Under the pieces are notes generated by a model that was given only the letters and a program-made list of their open reading frames with translations, was not told where the DNA came from and made no database searches. A stretch of DNA of 35,444 nucleotides, taken from Catajapyx aquilonaris. Taxonomy: Eukaryota. This document shows positions 21,769-31,313 of this stretch, piece after piece. The position numbers were made by a program, and so were the translations under genes. The stretch lies in the NCBI GenBank assembly GCA_000934665.2, contig JYFJ02004032.1:1-35444 (forward strand), given 5' to 3'. Position 1 is the first letter of the stretch. Every line of letters begins with the position of its first letter.

Positions 21769-22627
21769 TCTTGTAAGAAGCTATGGGAGAAATTACATTT
21801 TGGAAATCTTTCGAAATTGATTAAAATATATTGCCAGTGATGTAAAAAGTGTGTAGCAAAGCTTTGGTATTTTTTTCAGAAGATTTTGCATTTGATGGTA
21901 TGGGGTTATAATTATTCACATATGCTGGTTGCTCAGTAAGAATCATAATCACTAGAAAGTTTGCTGTTTGTCCCATGTCACCCCCTTTGCTCTAGTTCTC
22001 CATAACAGGAACTAATGGAAAAAATTTACTAGCAAATATTCACTTCAATCTCCGCAATTATTTGAAGTTGTTGACAGATTTGGGCAAGCATTTCTACTAC
22101 AGTGCACCAAGTGTTCAAGGCACACCAAAACTTATGGATCGAGTCTCTGTTGGGAGGCTTTATCATCATTGAAAAGGACCAGAGTTTTCAATTGAGTTTT
22201 TGCAGCAGTGGTAGGCTTATTGAGTGAGCCCAAACTTTTAAGCCATTGAGTAAGTTGCTAAACTCAGAGCTGTCAGCACTGCTGAGCTCTCCTATTGGTT
22301 ACTTAGTTATTTTATTGTTACTTGTTTATTTTGCTGCGGCAGCCGCTCAGTTCAGAAACTAGAAACATACTCATTGTGTTATTCCCTAAAACTGGCACTT
22401 TTATCATATTGACTCACTCCCAACCAACTGGTGGGGGTGGGATAGACTTAGCTCCACCCACTAGAAACTTTTTTAATAGGCAAAAATTGAGATTTTTTTT
22501 TTTAACTCGCTCAAACTGCTCAAGAATTACAAATCAAACTCTTGCAGATATGATGTCAGTAACAATGCCTGAATTTCTGCCAGACTTTCTGGTATATCCA
22601 TTGAAAAGCTGTAAAAAAATATATATA

Positions 22628-23187
22628 CAGTAAAACAAAGTCGAATCTCCATGGAACCGGAAAAAAAATTCCAGATAGAGAAGATTTGAGCAAGAGAAGT
22701 TTGGAATTTTTAAAGCGCATAGCTCTATACGAAAGCATACCTTTATATCCAGCAACGGAACATGTTAAAAACTTCAAAATAACTGTCAGTATCACACTTA
22801 CAATGTTCGTGGTTTTGGTGTAAAAAAAAACTCCGTTATGGACATTTGCCTACTCTTAGATTCGAGGATTCAATTGTCACAATCGAGTCAAACGCTTCTT
22901 TCGGTACGTCTGGTAGACGGAGATCAGGAAATTGAGCCTTTCTGTACATGTGGCCTACTCTCGACCCTTGGGCTGGGAAATGAGAAAATTTTCCTTACTC
23001 GCCAACATGAACTTGGACTTAGGGGGACTGAAAATGCATTGATATCCCATCGTAAGGCCCTGCCAGCACTTCGAGTTAGGGAAGTTTATTTCCTATTATT
23101 TTACACATTGCGACCAACCAAGCTCATCATTTTCTTCGACTTATAGAGAACTTCAACTTAGGGAAGTTCGACTTATAAGTTTTACTG
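22628..23187. mobile_element. pogo/Tigger-like non-autonomous DNA transposon
   Basis: TA|CAGTAAAAC..AAGTCGAA at the left end and TTCGACTT..GTTTTACTG|TA at the right; repeated ttcgac/ttcgag subterminal motifs. Confidence 0.65.
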
Positions 23188-23275
23188 TATAATAAATAGA
23201 TCCAGTGTACAATGAAACCCTGGTTATCTACAATATCTGGTTCCAAGACCTCCTGCAGAAAAAGTCAACCTTATA

Positions 23276-23523
23276 CAGGGTGATTTACATAAAACTGACA
23301 CATTTCATTCTCAATTAATTTTAACAAGAATGGTGTATTTATTTATTTATTGTACCTCAAATGTAGAGTAACTTTGGGAGAATACTAAACTCTAGAGGAA
23401 ATGTTGAAAATGCCCTCCCTCCTTCTCTAAGCACAGCGCAACACGTTGTTCCATGTTGCTGGCCGTTTGTTGGAGAATGCTGTTGTCAAGACTATTGAAC
23501 TCTTGTGTAATGTTCTGCTTCAA
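23276..23523 (-). mobile_element. Tc1/mariner-superfamily transposon 3' remnant: transposase C-terminus plus one TIR
   Basis: The - strand 23523-23392 reads LKQNITQEFNSLDNSILQQTASNMEQRVALCLEKEGGHFQHFL*, the typical LK..I......R...C....GGHFEH C-terminus. Terminus TA|CAGGGTG at 23276. Confidence 0.8.
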
Positions 23524-23673
23524 CCCTATAACCAACCCTATAACATACGATTTTTAACTTACAACATACCTACAATCAGTTTAATATGCAAATTATATGC
23601 ATTAAGACATCAATAAAAGTAATTAACAATAAAATAGGATACTTATTATAACAATACTGTATTGTAAAAAATA

Positions 23674-23866
23674 CAGGGTGACCCAACTCTATGGCACCAA
23701 CAGTTATTGGAAAAATCGCGCAAGCTGCTTGTTTATAAGCAGGTCGTTGCTAAGAGATACTTCTAGAGTATCGGGAATAGCACCTCTTAGCAACGACCTG
23801 CTTATAAACGAGCAGCTTGCGCGATTTTTCCAATAACTGTTGGTGCCATAGAGTTGGGTCACCCTG
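23674..23866. mobile_element. Young Tc1/mariner-type foldback MITE
   Basis: 83-bp inverted arms (23674-23756 / 23784-23866) with one mismatch, CAGGGTG termini and TA on both sides. Confidence 0.92.
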
Positions 23867-24245
23867 TATTTTGGTTATTTTGGTTTAATGATATTACTTA
23901 GCATTTTCAACCATGGATAAAATTTAAACCACAGATAACCAGGGTCTCACTGTGTAGGCCATGTGTAAAAAATAATGAATCCCAAATCTCATGAAAAAAC
24001 ACAACGGTGTTTATTATACTGACACTTGAAAAGTAAAAACTTGAGATCCGCATAAACTGAAGGTACAGTAAATCCAATGTTACGCTAAAAGTATATAAGA
24101 CAAATAACGTCGTAAAAGCACCAAAATCTACCACGTAGAACAGGGCCCCTTTTGCTGTACATCTCCACATTACAAAGCACCCATATCACGCACAGCATCT
24201 TGTCCTGGAGCTCTCTCCTATTCTTCCCTATGTTAAGTGGCAGGT

Positions 24246-27200
24246 TCAATATTTCTGCTTCTTATGCCCTGATGAGTCTAGGTCGTTGTCGTTGGTCCGA
24301 CCATCTCCTGCTCCCCTCTTTGCCGCTGTCTTTGTTGAGGTTGGAGACTGTTGCTTCAGGACTTCTACATCGGTGAATACCACCTGTGCTCCACCACAAC
24401 TAGTAGGGAGAATATCAGCCTGAAGAAATAAGTCAAATGAGTGTGGAGAATGACATTTAATTTTTGAGTCAAAACTAAATTTTGTTGCTGATGTGACATG
24501 CTCAATAAGCCTGGAAGCACCTGGAAGGGTCATCCTAGCAATATTTCTTTGTTTGTTTTAATACCCTGTTATGGGGGGGGGGAGAGGTTCCCAAGGGAGG
24601 GTGCTCTTAAATAGTTTCTAGTCATTTCAGACACTCTTAAATATCAAACCTTTTCTCTTGGTCCTGGGCAGAGAAGGGAGTGCAATTCTGCCCGGACATG
24701 TCAGGTGAAAGCGGAAAAATACACGACCAAGCAGACGTGACAGGGACAGGATATGAACCCCGGACCTCCTGCTTGGCTGGCCAGTAGCATAGCCACTAGA
24801 CCACCATGCCCCCCTGCATCCTAGCAATATTTGGTAAACATTATGGTTATTCCATACACAGATGTACTTCAGTTCAAAATTTATATCCCTCTCCCCTGGA
24901 ACCATGGACTTTGAAATCTGTTCTACTAGGTCATTCCTTGGTAGTCCCTCCATAGTACAACTGCCTCACCTTGTACAGCATCGTCTCCATATCACCTTGC
25001 TCATCTGTTGACTGTGTTGTAAGGCAGTACATGGCAGTGTTAGGATTTACTACATCCTCTTTGCCCACCATTCCTGTGACAGATTTGCCCTTTTTCATCT
25101 GTGGCTGGAAAATTGTGTTCAAGGCGACAGGTGTGCAAGGGCGATGGTCTATCCACCTTTCACGACAAGCTGAGCGAGAGCGTCGGTGACGATTATTAGA
25201 CAGTGGACGATTCTAGGAGCAAAGAAGATATTATAATTGTTAATATAGGCAAGGGTTAAAACATTTCCATAACAGATCATTTCATGATCTACAGTAGGGT
25301 GGCATGGCAATTGCTGGTGAAGGCAAAACCTTCAACCTGTGAGTCACAAAAAATATAGTACCAACATTGGGCAATGAATTTTCACACGTGGAACCAGTTG
25401 TGAAGGAGTTTTAAAAGATGACTTTTGTACTATATCGCTCAAAAAGATGGAGACGTTTTTGTGTTGACACCAAATGCAAAACAAGTTCTTCGCAGCATGG
25501 AACTAAATACACTGGATATAGGCCCTTACTTCGACCTTACGTCATCGTTTCTTACATTGTTCTTTTTTGTTGACACTGATTACTCATATTGTTGTGTGAG
25601 GGCATTTCCATGGAAAACTTTAAAACAAAACTATGACGTAAGGTTGAAGCAGGGTCACCTACATGAGTGCCTCCCCCACCTAGACAGGGTATTGTCTCTC
25701 CGCCATATTGGAGCTAATTCACATAGGAGCTACATGCAGTTAAAAAAAAAACAATTGAAAAAAACAAAAACGAATCGCTTGCCAATTCCCTATCCTGCAG
25801 CGTGGGGCGGCCATATTGGAGCTAGATTGCATAAGGACTACGTGAAGACAATACCCTGGTTAGGGTGGGGGAGGCAACCATGTAGGGGACCCTGGGTTGA
25901 AGTAAGGGTGAGCCGCCTATACAGTGAAACCAGGCTATAGCTGACCCCAGATATGGTGAAACGCTGCCTACTGTGGAATATTTTTAGTTTTGACAGCAAG
26001 ATAAGATTTACTATGGACTGACTGATTATTGTAGGGCAATGACCAAGGAAGAAAGGCGATTGCAACCGGCATGTTGTGTTCGTAAGGCATGAATTGTTAC
26101 CCCACAAAATCCACTTGGACTTGTTTGGTTGCCTTTTCCAAACGACGCATGTATTAAGAATTGGGCACCAGAAAGACGTTTTTTTTTTTTTTTTAATACC
26201 CCATGCTAGAGCCATAGGCTCTCTTAGGGGAGTGGATTACCACTATCGTGCAGGGACAGGGTAGGGATAGGAGGGGGGGACACTGGTGCATGTGCAATGT
26301 CATCAAGTTGGGGGTCGTGTGCAGTCCCTCAGGGGGCCCGTTCGCCAAGATGGGGCCCGTTCGCCAAGATGGCCCCCTAGATGCGAGTCAGAAACTCCCA
26401 CTGACCCGCACCTCCTCCAGGACAGGGAAAGGAAGGAAGCGGCTGTGGCGTATTTTACAGTACGATCCCGGAAAAGTTTCCTGGGGCGACCTTGGGAAAC
26501 CACAGAAAACCAAGGTCAGGATCGCCAGCCTCCGGGATTCGAACCCAGGACCTCTCGATTAGCAGTCGGACACCATATCCACTCCACCACTACTGCTTCG
26601 GTGCACCAGAAAGACTTGTAACATGGCCCAAATGATGGGACTCTGACCCACCAATTATGGAACATGACAATGCACCTTAAATTATGTTTCCTAATGTTGT
26701 CTAATGCCGAGGACTTTGCCCATAATTTAGCAATATCATTATACAACATACTGGTTTCAATATGCACTATCAAAATCAGATCATATCATTAGAATGCAAT
26801 AACTAGGTAATGTAACTAACCAAGTTCAGGGACAAAGTTAAAAACAGATGATCACTGTTGCTGCTCGATTGTTGCCCCTTGGGAGAAAATAATTGAGTTC
26901 TAAAAGGTACCACTTTAAATATACCCCACTAACAAGTAAGAACAATTAAGGCACTAGTACCACTTCCAAGGACAAGACTCACAATAAGAGTTGCAGAAGT
27001 TGCAGCAGGCCTTTCTCCAGTGGGTGGACTGGCCTCGCTTGAACCTTGATCACTGTCAGCCATGCCTGTGGTAGAAACTGGCAGATGGACAGACTGAGAG
27101 CGTCTGCGCCTCCTAAGAGAACTTCTCACTTCAACAAGTGCTGTGTTCTGCGAAGTAGGAATTCAGTGATATATTTTGAAATATCATGGACATGCAAGTG

Positions 27201-30200
27201 ATACAATTGATACAATTTTGTTGGTTTTCAGTACTTTATACCACTAACAATAAGTTCCATTCCCCCNNCCCCCCCCCCCCCCCCCCCCTTGATCACATTA
27301 TGAAATCCATTTAGTCCTCAAAATTAATGAGCCTGCTAGCCAGGATTTACTACATATTACTACATATTTACTACATTACACAGTGTAAGAGGTTCTAAAT
27401 GACAAATCCCTTTTCAAAATTAGTGTGAATCTCTGAGTTTGCAGGGCTGTGGTGCAACCACACCTCAGCTTATATTCTTGCAACCCTGATCACGAAGATA
27501 AAAGATGAGGTCATTGTTCGACTGCCTATTATTGCTCCAGTTGATCGTAGCACAATAAGTCCTACTGACAGTGAGTGCACTTATTTTAACAAGCTTCACA
27601 CTCAACTGACTGGGTGCACTGAACCCAATTCAGCCAAATTCCCTTGTTATTAATAATTACTAGTTAATTTTTATCAATAATTAATAACAGTAGCAATCTT
27701 CTTGTATTTGCTTTACTGAGTTCCGTGATTCTCGCCCTCAGAAAATATAATTTACCGACATAAAGGTGCATTTACATGTGAGCGATTTGACGAGCAGAGA
27801 AGAGCGAAATCTTTGCCGAGGGTGAGTACCCCAAGTAACCAATATTGTTTGAGGTGAAAATCGATTATTAATTTCAGCCTCAGCAAAGATTTCGCTCGTC
27901 AAATCGCTCACATGTAAACACACCTTTATTCTGCCAGCCTCACACATGCTCAAGAGTTTAAAATGCTCATCATTTGAAGTTCTGACTAATGTCCGACTAC
28001 CTTCTGCTTACATACCCCCTGCCCCTGGTCTCAGAAAGCCTACATCATGCACCTGATGAGGAAGGAGCAGGAATGAGAGACTACTATTTCTGAAGTTCTG
28101 AAGGTCTGCTGTGAATTATGTTCCCAAATTTAAAAAAAAATCCAGACACTCTCCCAGAGTGTACACGTTCATGTATAAGTTCTAATTTTGAAAGATTAAT
28201 TTAATAAATTACTGTACTTACCAAACCATGCTCGGAAGTGGAAGGCAGTGGCCCAGAGAAGTTGCTCGTAGAATCACCCTGGGAACCATTGCTGACGATC
28301 TTCTTCACAGCTGACAGCTTTTGATCGTTGGATATTATATGGCTCTGCAGTAAAAAAAAAGGGAGCAAATTTCAGAATGCAGTGAATCACTTGTTTCACT
28401 AGGCTTATTAAGCTATAAGGCAAAAAGGCACGAGTTTCTGACCAACTTTCCATGAATATTTTAATGCACTTCTAAACACCTTCGATAATAATGCAACTAA
28501 CAACTGAATGTCAGTGCTATCAAGCTCCACCTCCGGCTGAAGCAGTGACAGGCTACTCTCAAGAGGCATTCAACTACTGACATTAGTTCCATGAGACTCA
28601 CCTCTCAATTAACCCAGTATTAGAATACGGAATGGCCCAATAAGGTACTATCAGTCCACCAAGAATTGTCGTAGCGTCAGCACACGAACTACAGTCTACG
28701 AGCACTTCTCCATTGACTTCTGCCCCCGGAAGTGCTCGTAACTGTAGTTCGTGCGCTGCCGCTGCGACAATTCTTGGTGGACTGATAGTACACTGCTTAC
28801 AGAAATTATTGTTTATTAATGGCTGCTCTCCAGTAAGCACTGACGATTACACTGCAATAATTTGTTACATTTACAAAATCTTAAAATGTTTGTTTAGCAT
28901 TCATTATTGCCCTGAGAGAAATGTGGACAGTTACATTACTAACTACACCAGGGCTACTCAACTGGTTGACCAAGGTCCAGATCCAGACACTGAGACAAGC
29001 TGCATACATGTCCACATAATAAAGGCATGAGCTACAAATTAATGAGCACAATGCCTACAACATTTAATTTCATTCTAAAATCTGCTGTAATTCAAAGGAT
29101 TTCCTGGTAACTTCTGCATCACAATAAGAGAGGGCTATCCACATGGGATCTAGAAGCACATGGAATTAATGGCTGTAGGATAGGTCTGTATCTGGTGGGA
29201 AGGAAAGTTAGGTCATGGGTTATGTTGGTACAGCGTACCCCCAGCCCTCCCAAATTCGGTCAGACAAAATGAAAGTCTTTCCGAATTAATTTCCTGAGTT
29301 CAGAACATAATTCAATGCCACATGGGGTCTTACTTTCGTCCTTCCCTCAATCCCAGCCAACTTATCATAGCACTGTCTCATTCAGTTGGGTGTTTTACAA
29401 AGTGCACAGTTTCCCCTGGTGTTGTGTGCTCCATGCCATACGCTTAGTGTGACGCGTAGAAAAATAAGTTATTGTAGAAAGCACTGATTGCCAGTTGGAC
29501 AAGTGCAGTCATGTCTAATAACGGCAAAAGAAGAAACATGGATGCCAAGAACAGATCATTTCATGCTGAACACAGGACATCCGGACCATCCGGGTTGAAC
29601 CCAAAGTGCTTATTGTGCCAAGAGACTATTTCTGTGATCATGAGCAGAAATTTGAAGCAACATTTCATGACTAACAATGCCACTGATTTCAAGTCTTGAG
29701 TTTCCACCTGGAATGAAGTGACTCTCAAAGCAAAAAACAGTCACATCTCTGAAGGCTCCCCACACCACCACAACCACCATTGGAGGGGGGATAACTTCAC
29801 TGAAAGGAGAACATGTACACTTGACTTCGGCACAAATTAGTCGAGTAGCCCTGCACTACACTGCACCATAATAAGCTAATATTCCTACATTCATTTCAAT
29901 CAAAACTTCCTTTTTCCCTCTTCTCGATTCATGACCTACCTCAAACTCCATTCTCTGTTGTATCATCTTTTTACTGAGGACGCCCTTCATTTTCTCCCTG
30001 TCATCATGGATCTTATTTATCAGCTTTTGCTCTTTCGCATTCGCCTCGTGTTTCAGCCTCTGTTTCTCTGACTCTAGCTCCCTCAGTTGTTCCTGGAGTG
30101 TCTTGATTGTTGCTTCACTGTTCTCTTGGAGTCTAGTCAACTGGGCATCCTTGGCTGCAAGATTCTTCTCCAAAGACCGTGCTGTGTTCCTCTCCCTTTC

Positions 30201-31262
30201 CCCTACCACAGACAAAGTTTTGCACTCCTCACGAAGAAGGATCAACTCCTCCTCCATTTTCACTAGGCGAATGCGGAATGCTTGTTCTAGAGGATCCAGA
30301 ACATTGGTTAGTAGTCTTGTTTTAGTGACATGAAGAGAATTTAGGGAACTTTTAAGGCCCACATTTGGGATCATTGTATGTCACAGTCTAGGGTGCTCCA
30401 TGGATTCATAACCCAAGCACTAAAACTTGCGCCTTTGTCTTACTATATTAAATTCATGAATCCAAATTACAACTAACAAGACTTCCATATCCCCTTACCA
30501 CGCCTGATCTGCTGCTGCTTCAGACATTCCCTAGTTTCCTTCCGACGCTGAAGAAACTTTTCCAAATCCATAAGTTTGTGGGCCTCTTCAGGCTCTTTGA
30601 TATTGAAGGATGGGAACTCAGGTCCCAAGCTGCAATAGGTCAAATCCATTAACAATACAATCTGAGATTTTAGATCTTCAACCCTACCTATATGCTGGCA
30701 TGTGTTCAAGAGGGATGCGACCATTTCCATTGTAGACTTCTGCCTGATCCAGGTTCCTCACTGTAGCCAAAAGTTCAGCATAAGGTCTCTGGGGTGTGAT
30801 CTCAGGACGAGCAACCTGTACCTCCTGTGACATCTCAGAAAACCGCATAACTTGCTGAAGGAGAGAAGTGAAAAATCATTATGTTCCCATCACAACTGTG
30901 CACAAAACAAGCAACTTTTTAGCAGAGAATTCAAGTTCGCTATTTTAAAACGTCTGAAAGAATACCATACGTTTGAGATATACAGCATTTACTTCATTTA
31001 CTAATAGACTATCGGGCAACACGGTGGCGGAGTGGTTAGCGCCACAGCCTTCCACCTCTAAGATCCCGAGTTCGATCCCCGGGTCGCGCAGAGGATACTT
31101 ATGTGGATCGAGTTTCTATGGGTTCTCTCCGTGTTCGCGTGGGTTTTCTCGGGGTTCTCCCGTTTCCTCCCGCAATCAAAATCCATCACACGCAGGAAAT
31201 GATTACAGTCGGTTCACGAAAAGAAGATCCCCTAAGAGGCCCAAGGCCTATCATGGGGTATC

Positions 31263-31313
<51 letters not shown>

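Noticed and set aside
25425..26215. 171-aa and 125-aa ORFs within a KIF23 intron
   Set aside because: They run across a hAT MITE and a SINE tail; no protein-like motifs.
27262..27288. Poly-C tract with NN
   Set aside because: Homopolymer with ambiguous bases; likely a sequencing or assembly uncertainty rather than a feature.
28015..28108. Possible extra KIF23 exon
   Set aside because: The flanking exons 28344-28222 and 27147-26983 already join in phase 0, and I found no phase-0/phase-0 open reading here with good splice sites.
31014..31090. tRNA-like sequences with A and B boxes (also near 13740-13809, 24750-24816, 26535-26602)
   Set aside because: They are SINE heads, followed by a body, tail and TSD; no convincing full cloverleaf, so not called tRNA genes. 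None looks like tRNA-Sec.
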